Shown: positions 49,355 to 63,762 of the stretch, in pieces
Numbering within the stretch: position 1 is the first letter of the stretch
Layout: each line of letters opens with the position of its first letter
From: Terriglobia bacterium
GTDB lineage: Bacteria; Acidobacteriota; Terriglobia; JAJPHL01; JAPKYU01
NCBI GenBank assembly: GCA_965223005.1
Contig: CBDCVK010000010.1
Location: 896,001 to 960,000 of the forward strand
Reading direction: 5' to 3'
Length of the DNA stretch: 64,000 nucleotides
Program-made: the position numbers and the translations under genes
Notes under the pieces: model-generated
What the model was told of the DNA's origin: nothing
The model's input: only the letters and a program-made list of their open reading frames with translations
Database searches by the model: none

Positions 49355-51571
49355 TCACTGCACAGCCAGCGTGACGGTGTCGCTAGTCTTTCCACCGATC
49401 TCGATTTCTAGTGGTACCTCATCACCGGCTGGCGCCGCCGCCGGTACGCGGGCGTTCACTTGGTAGAGACCCACAAAGCCCGGCGCCATGCCCGAGAAAA
49501 GCACTTCTGCCGAGGCGCCCCCGATCATAACGACTGGCGTCACTACTGTTAAATTGAGCGGAGGTGAGCTAGCTCCAGTCTGGCCCGTAGCCAGCGGCGG
49601 ATCCGTCACGCCCAGGCCAGTGGCAAAAATCTGAACCACTGAGCCCGCTACTGCCGGGTTTTCCGCTGAGTTAGGCGAAAAGTCTTCGTTTAAGATGGCA
49701 CCCGGCCCGCTCCCGCCTGGTACAGCGGTGAAGATGCCCGGAGCCGCAGGCGCAATTTGCACCATCACTTCGGGACCATGAACTCCGTCGGAGGCCACGA
49801 CTATCGGGACGGTAGTGCCAGTTACCTCGAACGGCATTTGGAAGTTGATCTGCAAAGGCGAAACAAAGAACAACGGCGCGGGCGTGTCATTGACCAGAAC
49901 CTCGGTGCCGGCCAGCGTGGTGGGGAGTGGCAACCCGGCCGCTACGTCCGTGGCCGCTGCAAGGTTCATCCCGAACAGCGATGCAATGGAACCAGGGCTG
50001 ACAAGCGCCTCGTCCGAGAAACTGGCACCGTTGACAATCCCGCCTTCGCCAATCACGGGTCCGGTCGGTACGGCCTCGGCAACCGTGAGGCGAACAGGGA
50101 CAAGTGCGAGGTTAGCGGGATCGAGCACAGGTGTAATTATGACGGTACCCAGGTAATCACCCGGTACCAGGCCCGACGCGTCCACACTCACCGTTACAGT
50201 GCCCGGAGTAAAGCCTGATTCCGGGGAAACTGACAGCCACCCTAGTCCGCCTGGCGTTGTGGTCCTCGCCGTCCAGCTCGCAATTCCGCTGACTGTATTG
50301 TCTATGGTCAACATCTCCAGCATCGGATCTGCCGCCCCGGCTGTAGCTTCAAGGTCGAGAGACGATGGCCCAACGGAAAGCTGCGGCTTTGGCTGGAAAC
50401 GCCGGACGAGGTGATTCAGGTGGTCCGCGAGCAGGAAAGCCCCTTCTCCTTCGATCGCGATGCCGGCCGGGCGATTTAGTTTTGCCGCGAACGGATTCCC
50501 CAAATCCTCAGAGAACCCAGGATCATCAGCTATGCCAGCCACTGTGGAAATGAATCCGTCCGGGTTCACACGGCGAATGATGTGGGATAGGTGTTGCGAA
50601 ATGTATAGATTGCCCGAGCCGTCGACGGCCACGTCCACCGGCAGTCTCACCGACGCGATAACGGCGAGTGTGCCATTGCCAACGTTATCCACCTCCCCAT
50701 TGCCGGCGATCGTAGTGATGGTCCCATCAGGAATGACCATCCGCACACGGTTGTTAAAGGTATCAGCGATGAAGAGGTTCCCCGACGAGTCCACAGCAAT
50801 GCCTGAGCCTTGTGTTGCCTCACGCTCCCCATCGGTAAAGGTAAATCCCCAAAGCCACAACTTCGCTGAGGTTGCCTGACCCCCATCGCCGGAAAAACCT
50901 CTCTGCCCAGTACCGGCTACCGTCGTGATGAGACCATCCGGGGTTACCTTGCGGATTTTGGCGTGACTCTGGTCGGCAATGTACAGGTTTCCGTCTGCGT
51001 CTACCGCCAAACCAGAGACGAACCCTATGGAAGCTTGGTCCGCCGGTCCACCGTCTCCGGTGGAACCAACGATCGCATTGCCGGCCACAGTGCTGATGAT
51101 TCCCTCCGGCGTAACCTTGCGTATTCTGTAATTCTCGCTGTCAGCGATGTAGAGATTCCCAGAGGCGTCAACGGCAACGCCACTCGGCGATTGCAACAGA
51201 GCGGTAATGGCCGGGCCATCTTCGAGCGGATTAAATCGCCCGCCCGGGGTGCCCGTCCCTGCCACTGTCGTAATCATCCCGTCAGGGCTCACCTTCCGGA
51301 TGCGGTGATTGGCTGTGTCGGCGATATATACGTTGCCGGATGGGTCGACGGCTACGTCGGACGGGAGATATAGGGAAGCGGCAGTCGCAGGCCCCTCATC
51401 GCCGGAAAAAGCTGCGGTGCCATTGCCGGCGACGGTGGAAATAAAATTCTGGGCAGACGCGAGAAATGGCGCCAGGAAGAAAATCAACATGACTGATCTG
51501 TGTCGCGACAATCCAACACCCCCGCCTCCAAAGATGGGGCTCAGGCTACGTTCTGACAATTGGTCTGTCAA
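49355..51571 (-). CDS. NHL repeat (teneurin-like) protein with BACON-like and TIGR03437-like C-terminal domains
   Basis: Repeated VAVDxSGNLYIADxxNxRIRKVxxxGxITTVAG units; C-terminal FSGMAPGFVGLYQVNARVP. Start uncertain. Confidence 0.88.
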   Translation of the reverse strand: MTDQLSERSLSPIFGGGGVGLSRHRSVMLIFFLAPFLASAQNFISTVAGNGTAAFSGDEGPATAASLYLPSDVAVDPSGNVYIADTANHRIRKVSPDGMITTVAGTGTPGGRFNPLEDGPAITALLQSPSGVAVDASGNLYIADSENYRIRKVTPEGIISTVAGNAIVGSTGDGGPADQASIGFVSGLAVDADGNLYIADQSHAKIRKVTPDGLITTVAGTGQRGFSGDGGQATSAKLWLWGFTFTDGEREATQGSGIAVDSSGNLFIADTFNNRVRMVIPDGTITTIAGNGEVDNVGNGTLAVIASVRLPVDVAVDGSGNLYISQHLSHIIRRVNPDGFISTVAGIADDPGFSEDLGNPFAAKLNRPAGIAIEGEGAFLLADHLNHLVRRFQPKPQLSVGPSSLDLEATAGAADPMLEMLTIDNTVSGIASWTARTTTPGGLGWLSVSPESGFTPGTVTVSVDASGLVPGDYLGTVIITPVLDPANLALVPVRLTVAEAVPTGPVIGEGGIVNGASFSDEALVSPGSIASLFGMNLAAATDVAAGLPLPTTLAGTEVLVNDTPAPLFFVSPLQINFQMPFEVTGTTVPIVVASDGVHGPEVMVQIAPAAPGIFTAVPGGSGPGAILNEDFSPNSAENPAVAGSVVQIFATGLGVTDPPLATGQTGASSPPLNLTVVTPVVMIGGASAEVLFSGMAPGFVGLYQVNARVPAAAPAGDEVPLEIEIGGKTSDTVTLAVQ

Positions 51572-51715
51572 GGGTTACTCTTGCGTTGCCTCAAAGCGTC
51601 AGGCTTGAAGCAGATTTGCGGTCCAGGGCGTGGAGGTGGTGGAACACGAACAGGGTGTGGTTCAGTCCTAGGGCTCTTTTTCAGTGCTGGGTTCTGAGAG
51701 CAACTTGAGAAGTTC

Positions 51716-56029
<4,314 letters not shown>

Positions 56030-56058
56030 GGTTCCACTACGACGGGCTCTAGGCTCTC

Positions 56059-56628
56059 CTACGAGATTACCTCGGGCGCGGGACTCTTCTTCATGAAATC
56101 CTCCGGCTCGACGCCCAACGCGTCGGCCAGCCGGGCGTAGTAGTTGAAGAAGCCGATGATGTGGACGGCGGTGAGTATCTCCTCATCCGTCCAGCCAGCC
56201 TCGCGCAGGCGGGCGACATTCTGCCCGCTCAGCTTCTGCGGCGCCTGCGTGACCTCGACGACGAAATCGAGCAGGGCGCGCGTCTTAACATCGAGCGTCG
56301 CCCGACGATAGTCGCGCTTGACCTGGGCGGCCAGCTCCTCATCGCCGGTGACTGCACGGAGATCCTCTCCGTGAGCTTCCGTTCAATAGAAGCAGTTGAG
56401 CGCACGCGAGGTCACCGTGGCGATCATCTCCCGCGTTGCGCGGGGAAGCGGCCCCGGCCCCAGCATGAGCGTCTGGTAGAGGCGAAGGGAGGCCTCCATT
56501 GCGCGCGGGTTCAGACTGGAGATGCGCACGATGTTGAACACCCGCCCGGCGCGTTTGACGGCAACATCGTACTGCTGCTTCAGTGAGCCGGTGGCTTCCT
56601 CTGGCGCAATGGTTCGTATGTAGGCCAT
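56059..56628 (-). CDS. AhpD/carboxymuconolactone decarboxylase-like peroxidase-related protein with CxxU selenocysteine motif
   Basis: MAYIRTI...REMIATVTSRALNCFY-U-TEAHGEDL...LREAGWTDEEI..VHIIGFFNYYARLADALG. The frame stays open for about 107 codons past the UGA at 56383-56385. Confidence 0.9.
56355..56373 (-). promoter_or_regulatory. Candidate bacterial SECIS (AhpD-like gene)
   Basis: CACGGAGA-GGA-TCTCCGTG, perfect 8-bp stem, loop 17 nt after the UGA. Confidence 0.8.
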
Positions 56629-56772
56629 AAGCATTCCCTGTCCAAGTGCCCCGTAACCCCCCGTGACCCATAGCCGGGGTGAAGAAGAAGAGAGAAGCTG
56701 GCGCGTCCGTGGGGATCCCTGGCCCACGCCGATGCCCTGATGGGAAACGGAGCTATCGCTTACTTCTTGACC

Positions 56773-57648
56773 TTATTTCTTGACCAGCACGTCGATCAAC
56801 CGCACGGCATAGTCACCCGGATAGCGCTCTCGATCGGTGCCCGGGTCTTCGTAGTCCCAGCTGCCGCCTCGGATGATTATCTTGCGAGCGACCGGGTCAG
56901 CCTCTCCGATCCGAAAGTAGGCTGTGTTCTCATACAATCCTCCCATTATGGGGCCCGGCCTGTAGTATCCATTGCTCATCCCATAGACAATGCTCTGCAA
57001 TTGTTCGACAAATGCTTCAGCTTCCTCGACGGATTCGAACTTTTGCTTCTCGGAAAGTGCTTTCTGGGGCCAGGCATTATGCTGTCCCTTGAGACCCTCA
57101 ATCATCTGTCGCTTGATTAATTGCCCGCGCGTATTTTTGAGGTCTTCCCCATCAGCCCACCACTCGAGGATGTTGTAGCCTGGAGTGGAGCAAGCCGAGC
57201 CCACCACCGTAACGGACACGATTGGCTTCTCTTCTACAATCGTGATGCTTCCAACATCTCCGAAGATCTCTACCCCTTTTTGACTATACTCTGACCAATG
57301 ATCTATTGTGACGTTCCGGTAATGGAAGGGGGATCTATATAAATGATGTTCTGTCTCGAACACTTCTACTTCCTGCGGCGGACCAAGCTTGCTATTGCCC
57401 TGAGGGGCCCGGTAAAGCGGCATGCTGCCTTCTTTAGGGAGAATCGTGTAGGAAGGAAGCTTTTCATCCGGTGAAGGCCACCGGAGGCTGTACCGGAACG
57501 GCTTCTTGGTCGTCGGCGGGTTTTGGGCGTTTCCTTGTTTCTCCGCCGCAACCCAAACAACTGGAACCATAATCAGCAGGGTTGAAACCATCAATAAAGC
57601 TGGTCTCAACCGTTTTCCCAATAGGAATTTAGAAATTTCCAGACGCAT
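56773..57648 (-). CDS. Membrane-anchored or secreted hypothetical protein, possible C-type-lectin-like C-terminus
   Basis: RBS AAGGAGG, N-terminal hydrophobic helix, lower GC, C-terminal EEAEAFVEQL...RGGSW...YAVRL. Confidence 0.6.
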   Translation of the reverse strand: MRLEISKFLLGKRLRPALLMVSTLLIMVPVVWVAAEKQGNAQNPPTTKKPFRYSLRWPSPDEKLPSYTILPKEGSMPLYRAPQGNSKLGPPQEVEVFETEHHLYRSPFHYRNVTIDHWSEYSQKGVEIFGDVGSITIVEEKPIVSVTVVGSACSTPGYNILEWWADGEDLKNTRGQLIKRQMIEGLKGQHNAWPQKALSEKQKFESVEEAEAFVEQLQSIVYGMSNGYYRPGPIMGGLYENTAYFRIGEADPVARKIIIRGGSWDYEDPGTDRERYPGDYAVRLIDVLVKK

Positions 57649-57779
57649 AGCGCCTCCTTAAATTTGAGTTTTCTCTCGCTCAGAGGTGGTCTTGCCGGGG
57701 ACACGCATGCTACGCCCCGCCTGCGGACAAGTCAACGCGGCGCCGCGGCCGGGCTCCGGTGTGGTGCCCCGAACTTCAC

Positions 57780-58235
57780 CTACTGTTTGACTGCAGTCCC
57801 CTGGACTTCGAAATGGCCTCCAAGCAGCAATGACGCCACTCCGATGAAAGCTCGCGATGGGAAATTCTTGTTGAAATATGTGCGATACACAGCGTTGAAC
57901 CTGGCGTAAAGGGAGAGGTCAGTGCAGTAGACCTGCACGGAGACGAGATTCTCCATCGTCATGTCAGCTTTAGCCAGCGTCGCTTTCATTTCATCAAGGG
58001 CGAGGCGGACCTCTTGTTCCAGGTCATCGGGGACCTTGCCAGTCTTAGGGTCGACACCGAGGGTGCCGGCAAGGTAGAGGACGTTTCCTACCAGGACGCC
58101 GTTGCTAAATGGCAATTGGTCCGTACGGTCGGGAAAATTAATGTAGCGGCGCTCAACGGTCTGAGCTTGCAGCAAGACTGTCCCGGCTAAAAGCCAGATC
58201 AAAATTCCAAGAGCAAAAACCTGCCTGGATTTCAT
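57780..58235 (-). CDS. RidA/YjgF family protein with signal peptide
   Basis: PFS.GV..GNVLYLAG, FNAVY..YF..NFPSR motifs and an N-terminal signal peptide. Confidence 0.9.
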   Translation of the reverse strand: MKSRQVFALGILIWLLAGTVLLQAQTVERRYINFPDRTDQLPFSNGVLVGNVLYLAGTLGVDPKTGKVPDDLEQEVRLALDEMKATLAKADMTMENLVSVQVYCTDLSLYARFNAVYRTYFNKNFPSRAFIGVASLLLGGHFEVQGTAVKQ

Positions 58236-58278
58236 CGTTTCTCCTTCATGTGAAATGTTGTGCGTCTGTCGGACTTAT

Positions 58279-59337
58279 TTAGCGTGCTTCGCCAAGTGGA
58301 ATCCGGATCTTAGCCAGATAGATGCTGGTCTTGGCTTCGTGGGAGGAATAGTAGCTCATCCACAGCAGATTCTTGTGCCACACCAGTCCCGGGTAGCTGG
58401 TGTCTCCACCGCTCGGCAACGTGAGCACCGGCTCATAACTGTTGCGAGTCATTCTCGCCAAGACGGTGTTTGTTGTGCCGTCCGGGTGATACCTCCGACC
58501 CGCGGCCCAAAGACTGCCGTCGGGAAGCCGTATGAAGTTGGGGCCTCCGATGCGGAGCTTCATCTTGTGGAATGTCCACTGCTTATACGGCGGCTGACTG
58601 GTTCCGATCCACGAGGGGCGAACAAGAGCAATCAGCTCTCCGTTAGGCAGAAACCGGAGAGTCGTTTCACTGATCCGATCGACCTCAAGCTCCGTGATCC
58701 ACTGCCAGCGAAGACCATCGGTACTGGAATACAAGAATCCTCGCCTTGGTTTGCTCCCTTCGTTGAGTCTCGAGACGCTGTAGGCGACACCTTTATGCCA
58801 CGTCACCCGCCACAACCAGTGGTCTTCCGCCAGCACCCGCTGAGGACGTGTCCATTCCCGTCCGTCTCGCGAAAAAGCCACCCGTGGAGCACGTGTCTGA
58901 TACACAGTTCTGTCGTAAACGGTGCCGCCGGCAACCGTCATGAGCCGGCCGTCCGGCATGACGGAGAGTTTTGGGTCTCTCAGGTCAATCCCTTCTTCCA
59001 CGAGAAGCGCTGCGGATTCCCACTTTTCCCCATCTCTCGACGTTAGGACCCGCAACTTTCCAATTGACCTGCCGTGCGACTCTGCCTCGCGGAATATACA
59101 GTACCAGCGGTCCTGAAATCGAATCAGGTCGGTGAAGGCACTGTGCGGTGCACGGTCCCAAATTTTTCGGACGGAGATGATCTCAGGCTGATCTGTTGCC
59201 TCGGTCGCCCGAGTGCGATGACTGCCCCACAACACTACTCCTGCAAGCAGGATACCCGTCAATGCTACGAACCGAGCACGTTGGGTGCTGCTAGGAAATA
59301 TTTTCACTTCGCTTCGTCCTTTCAGCGCGTGACGCAA
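58279..59337 (-). CDS. BNR/Asp-box (sialidase-fold) secreted protein
   Basis: Asp boxes SRDGEKW, SRDGREW and STDGLRW, plus DLRDPK and GDTSYP. Start may be GTG 59307. Confidence 0.82.
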   Translation of the reverse strand: MRHALKGRSEVKIFPSSTQRARFVALTGILLAGVVLWGSHRTRATEATDQPEIISVRKIWDRAPHSAFTDLIRFQDRWYCIFREAESHGRSIGKLRVLTSRDGEKWESAALLVEEGIDLRDPKLSVMPDGRLMTVAGGTVYDRTVYQTRAPRVAFSRDGREWTRPQRVLAEDHWLWRVTWHKGVAYSVSRLNEGSKPRRGFLYSSTDGLRWQWITELEVDRISETTLRFLPNGELIALVRPSWIGTSQPPYKQWTFHKMKLRIGGPNFIRLPDGSLWAAGRRYHPDGTTNTVLARMTRNSYEPVLTLPSGGDTSYPGLVWHKNLLWMSYYSSHEAKTSIYLAKIRIPLGEAR

Positions 59338-59504
59338 GGGTGGCCTCTCAACCTCACACTACATCAGGATCGGGCTTCCCCAGACCCGTACGCCAGCCGC
59401 CCTGCCGACTCAAGCTCAGATCTGGAAAGCGATTCGGCCCGCGTGTTCAACGGGCAGGCTTTCAACGTCTGTGCTGAGCTGTGATGTCGAAGCGCTGCTC
59501 GGTG

Positions 59505-59547
59505 GCACAGACTTCAGTCTGTGCAGGGGTTTTTCAGCATCCTGCTA
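59505..59547. repeat. REP-like palindrome next to an IS5-type terminal repeat
   Basis: GCACAGACTTCAGTCTGTGC hairpin beside TTTTTCAGCATCCTG-CTA, where the TAG is the stop codon of the TPP-enzyme gene. Confidence 0.5.
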
Positions 59548-61215
59548 AACCTTCGGCGCCCAAGCTGGAGGTGCGATCCCCTCAATGTGCGTTTTCACGT
59601 CGATGACCGCCGGTCTGCCTGACCCTAACGCCTGATCGAGCGCCCCTGAGAATTCACTTGGCTTGTTGACGTGAATTCCGAAACATCCCATCGATTTCGC
59701 GACCTTCGCAAAGTCAGATTCTGGGAAGATCCACAACTCGTCGGACCCCGCACTCCGACCACCGTAGATCATTTCGTTAATTTCTTGCTCTTGGTTCAGC
59801 GAGTGGTTGTTGTTGACCACAGTGACCGTATGGATGCCGCAGCGAAGGGCCGTCTCCAACTCGGTGAGGTGGTACCAGATGCCCCCGTCGCCCGAGAAGC
59901 AAATGACCGGCCGGTCGGGCGCGGCGCACTTGGCGCCGATCGCGGCGGGCAAGCCCCAGCCCAGCGAGCCCGCGCAGCGGATGTAGCGTTGCGACGGGTG
60001 CTTGAGATCGATCATCGTGCCGGTCCAGATGCCCGCGTGGCCGGTGTCGGAAACAAGAATTGCATCCGCAGGCAACGAGTCCGTCATTTCCCGACAGAGC
60101 CGTTCGGGCCTCAAAGGAATCTCATCTGAGTTGACCAGCGGAGCGACCTCCTGCTTCCACTTCTTGACGAAGCCTTGCACGCGGCGAGTCCATTCGGGAT
60201 GGTCGGCGGGCTCGGCATGATCAATCATTTTGCGCAGCGAGGCTTTGGCGTCCGCCTGGAGCCCGACCGTGATCGGGAACGACCGCCCTAGCTCAGACGG
60301 GTTGATATCGAGTTGAACGACCCGTGTGCCCTCCCGCGGGATGCGCCATTCGTTTGTCACCTGGCCGCCGGTATGGCTCCCGACAAAAAAGACCAAGTCT
60401 GCTTCAGCGACCGCTTGATTCGCGCAGCTCCGTGAGTACAGTCCGCACACTCCGACACCTAGAGGATGGTCGTAGGGAAAGGTTTCTTTGGCGTTGAGGG
60501 AGGTTGCGACGGGGATCGACAACTTTTCGGCAAGTTGGACAAGTTCCGCTCCGGCGTCGGAATAGGTAACCCCGCCGCCGGCAACGATCAATGGGCGTTC
60601 GGCCTGCGCCAGTAGTTGTACGGCCTTGCGAACCGTGGCTACATCAGGTTCGGGCCGGAACGGCGGGATCTGTGTGAAGGCATCTTCGATCACGATCTCG
60701 AGATTGGCCTCTTCATCCGCGAGTTGCCCAATAAATCCTTCCAGGTCCAAGTGCACTGGCCCCGGCGTCCCCGAGACCGCTTCTCGAAAGGCCTGGCGCA
60801 AGAAGTAGGATAGTTGTGTCGCCTGACTCACGAGCACGTTGTATTTCGTAACGCCATCGAAGAATTTGACGTGGTCAACTTCCTGATATTGGTGCCGATG
60901 CTGGCTAATTTGGCTCTGGCGGCCGGTCAATGCCATGACAGGCGAGCACGCTAGGAAAGCGTCCTGCAACCCTGCTGCGAGATTCGCGGCCCCAACCGAT
61001 TGCGACATACAGATGCCGGTACTTCGGCTGACCCGGGCGTAGCCGTCGGCCATGTAGGCCGCGGCTTTTTCGCCGTGCGTCATGATGCGTTTGATGCCGA
61101 GCTTTTCCATCTCGGCCAACGCCCGGATCGCGACGACCGGCATGAAGAACACATGGCTCACACCGTAGCCCTTGAATGTTTCGGCGATGAATCTCCCCCC
61201 GGTCATCTTCGGCAT
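59545..61215 (-). CDS. Thiamine pyrophosphate-binding protein (acetolactate synthase-like)
   Basis: HGEKAAAYMADGYAR, GPVHLD and GDGG...NN TPP motif. Confidence 0.93.
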   Translation of the reverse strand: MPKMTGGRFIAETFKGYGVSHVFFMPVVAIRALAEMEKLGIKRIMTHGEKAAAYMADGYARVSRSTGICMSQSVGAANLAAGLQDAFLACSPVMALTGRQSQISQHRHQYQEVDHVKFFDGVTKYNVLVSQATQLSYFLRQAFREAVSGTPGPVHLDLEGFIGQLADEEANLEIVIEDAFTQIPPFRPEPDVATVRKAVQLLAQAERPLIVAGGGVTYSDAGAELVQLAEKLSIPVATSLNAKETFPYDHPLGVGVCGLYSRSCANQAVAEADLVFFVGSHTGGQVTNEWRIPREGTRVVQLDINPSELGRSFPITVGLQADAKASLRKMIDHAEPADHPEWTRRVQGFVKKWKQEVAPLVNSDEIPLRPERLCREMTDSLPADAILVSDTGHAGIWTGTMIDLKHPSQRYIRCAGSLGWGLPAAIGAKCAAPDRPVICFSGDGGIWYHLTELETALRCGIHTVTVVNNNHSLNQEQEINEMIYGGRSAGSDELWIFPESDFAKVAKSMGCFGIHVNKPSEFSGALDQALGSGRPAVIDVKTHIEGIAPPAWAPKV

Positions 61216-61241
61216 TCCGCTACCTGGCGAACCCTACCTAC

Positions 61242-61619
61242 TTAGTCGTCATACTCCACGACGACTTGATCGCTCTCGATCGTCACGGTGTAGGTCCGAA
61301 CGGACACCTCAGGCAGGGTCAGACAGCGGCCGGTCTTGATGTCAAACGGCCATTGATGCCAAGGGCACCGCAGGATCTCACCCTCTCGTTCAAACCGCAA
61401 TCCGTGGTTCCTGACCGTGACCGGAGCCTCCGTGACCACGGTGCCCCCGATGCTTCCTGTACACAAAGGCCCGAGTTTATGAGGACAAAGATTATGCAAT
61501 GCGTGGAACGAGCCATTGACGTTGAACACGCCGATACCTGCCTTGCCCCGGAACGGCACGACAAGCTTTCTTCCCCCCGGCGGAATCTCGCCCACCTTCG
61601 CTACGACAACGCGAGGCAC
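61242..61619 (-). CDS. Rieske (2Fe-2S) ferredoxin
   Basis: CPH...CPWH ligand motifs. Confidence 0.92.
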   Translation of the reverse strand: MPRVVVAKVGEIPPGGRKLVVPFRGKAGIGVFNVNGSFHALHNLCPHKLGPLCTGSIGGTVVTEAPVTVRNHGLRFEREGEILRCPWHQWPFDIKTGRCLTLPEVSVRTYTVTIESDQVVVEYDD

Positions 61620-61624
61620 TCAGC

Positions 61625-62283
61625 TCAACTCGCCTTCAAGCCGAACAACTCGCGAGCGTTGTCTTCAAAGACTTGCCGGCGCAACCGCTCGGGCAGCTTT
61701 GGAAATGTCGTATGGGGATCGTCCCAGTCGTAGTGCGGAAAGTCTGAGCAATAGATCAAGGTCTCTTCGGCGTAAATGGCGTCGAACATCTCCAGCAACT
61801 GCTCCTCCCTAGGCGGCTGGTGCAGGGGCTGAGATCCGACCTTCACGTGCCGACGAATGTATTCGCTCGGCAGCTTCTTCAGCCAAGGCGTCTGATCCCG
61901 CAGCATCTTCCAATCGGCATCCATGTGCCAGAGCAATCCGATCAGCCAGGACTGCTGCACCTCGATGAACGCAACCTGCAGCTTCGGATACTTCGGCGGC
62001 GCAGAAACTCGTAAGTTGAGCACGGATCGCGAGGGTCGAAGACCTTGGAATCGTCCCCGTCGGATAGGTCTCTGCGCACGGACCGGAAAGGGACGTTAAA
62101 GAAACCAGCAGTGGGAGTGATCAGACCTTGATCGAGAAAATGTTCCTGATAGGGCTTCGATAAGTACGGCAGGAGGTCTTCAGGCCTCGATATGCTTTGA
62201 TGAATGTCGCAGTCGATGATAGCAACGTCCCTTTTGGGGTCGCCGGTCCACCCGGGCGCCACTGCAGGCGTCGCGCCTACCAT
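61625..62283 (-). pseudogene. Amidohydrolase_2 family gene with large internal deletion and frameshift
   Basis: The N-terminus (IIDCDIH...TYEFLRR) jumps out of frame near 62000 to the C-terminus (KYPKLQVAFIE...LPSEY...SDFPHYD). About 220 codons remain versus about 370 typical. Confidence 0.8.
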
Positions 62284-62788
62284 TTCCACTGGGTGTTCCT
62301 CCTCAACTTTATCTTTCGGGGAGGAATTGTAGCACACACGCCGGCCCCTTACCTGCCAAGCACCGGTTCTGATGGAGAGTGGCTAAGGACTATTTCACGC
62401 GCTCAGCACGCTAAGGACTGCATCACGGCATCTTGCCGCCCATACCTGTTAACCTCGGCCCCCTGATAATTGGCATCCTCTCACAAAGAGGCTTATCCTC
62501 TCCAGAAACAGGGCGAGAGTTCCCCATCGACTCCAGTGGGCGGAGTATAGCAGGGCTTCACTACTCTTGGCGGGATGGCTCGACGGTCGCCGCATTGGTA
62601 GAGTTCAGCCGGCATCAGCGCTGCCGCCGTTGACAACCCAGGCTGGCGCGACGTAGACTCTGCAGCATCTGTACATTAACCCCCTTTGGCTGCGCCACTG
62701 ATCCCCCGGTGGCGCAGCGCTTCTGAGTGTCTATCCCGTAGTGGGGTCGGTTCGGGCGGGTCCTGACACCTGGGGTTATGGGAGTTTT

Positions 62789-62865
62789 CCACTAACGGGC
62801 TAGTGTTTACCAATCCCGGTTTCAGTTGGGCGAATAATCGGCCTACCGGAAACTGACCCATTGCC
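62789..62865 (+). repeat. Dispersed 77-bp element, copy C
   Basis: CCACTAACGGGCTAGTGTTTACC...CCGGAAACTGACCCATTGCC, 67/77 identical to copy B. Confidence 0.85.
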
Positions 62866-62955
62866 TCCCAGTGCGATGACTTGCAGCGGGGCCGGAAGCG
62901 GTGTTATCTTTTTCTTCTGCAGGGGCTTTCCGTGTAGCCGAAGGAGTCGAGCGGT

Positions 62956-63711
62956 ATGTCGGGGCATTCCAAGTGGGCCAGCATTAAGCACAAGAAGGCG
63001 CAGACGGATGCGCGCCGTGGCCGGCTGTTCTCGCAGTTGATCAAAGAGATCACGGTGGCCGCGCGGGCCGCCGGCGGCGACGCGGACTCCAATCCGCGCC
63101 TGCGCACAGCGGTGACCGCCGCCAAGGCGGCCAGCATGCCGGCCGACAACATCAAGCGGGCCATCCAGCGGGGCACCGGGGAGATTCCCGGTCTCGTGGT
63201 GGATGAGGTGACGTTTGAGGGTTATGGCCCCGGCGGAGTGGCCGTGCTGGTGGAGGTGGCCACTGACAACCGCAACCGAACGGTCAGCGAAATCCGCCAC
63301 ACCTTTTCCAAGCAAGGCGGGAACCTGGGGGAAGCCGGCAGCGTGGCCTGGATGTTCAAGAAACGCGGCTACATTGTTATTCCCAAAGCGAAGGCCAGCG
63401 AAGACCAGTTGCTGAGCATTGTACTGGATGCGGGCGGGGAGGACCTGCGGGATGACGGCTCGCAGTGGGAGGTGCTGACGGCGGTGGAGGCCTTCGAGGC
63501 GGTCTTGAACGCTTTGAAGGCCAGCCAGGTGGAAACAACCTTGGCCGAGATTTCCATGATCCCGCAGAACTACGTCAAGCTGGAGGGAAGGAACGCGCAA
63601 CAACTGATGCGCCTGCTGGAGGCGCTGGAGGACCACGACGACGTGCAGCACGTCTATTCCAACTTTGACGTGGAAGAGCGTGAGCTGCAGGCGGTGAGTG
63701 GCGGTGAGTAA
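62956..63711 (+). CDS. yebC: YebC/PmpR family protein
   Basis: MSGHSKWASIKHKK, EGYGPGG, TDNRNRT and DDVQHVYSN motifs. Confidence 0.97.
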   Translation: MSGHSKWASIKHKKAQTDARRGRLFSQLIKEITVAARAAGGDADSNPRLRTAVTAAKAASMPADNIKRAIQRGTGEIPGLVVDEVTFEGYGPGGVAVLVEVATDNRNRTVSEIRHTFSKQGGNLGEAGSVAWMFKKRGYIVIPKAKASEDQLLSIVLDAGGEDLRDDGSQWEVLTAVEAFEAVLNALKASQVETTLAEISMIPQNYVKLEGRNAQQLMRLLEALEDHDDVQHVYSNFDVEERELQAVSGGE

Positions 63712-63733
63712 ATGAGGCGGACACGCGGGCACG

Positions 63734-63753
63734 TTTTTTCAGCAGCCTTTTAG
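63734..63753. mobile_element. Solo IS5-type terminal inverted repeat remnant
   Basis: TTTTTTCAGCAGCCT-TTTAG, similar to 59530-59547 and to the IS end at 42507. Confidence 0.35.
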
Positions 63754-63762
63754 TCAATGACA

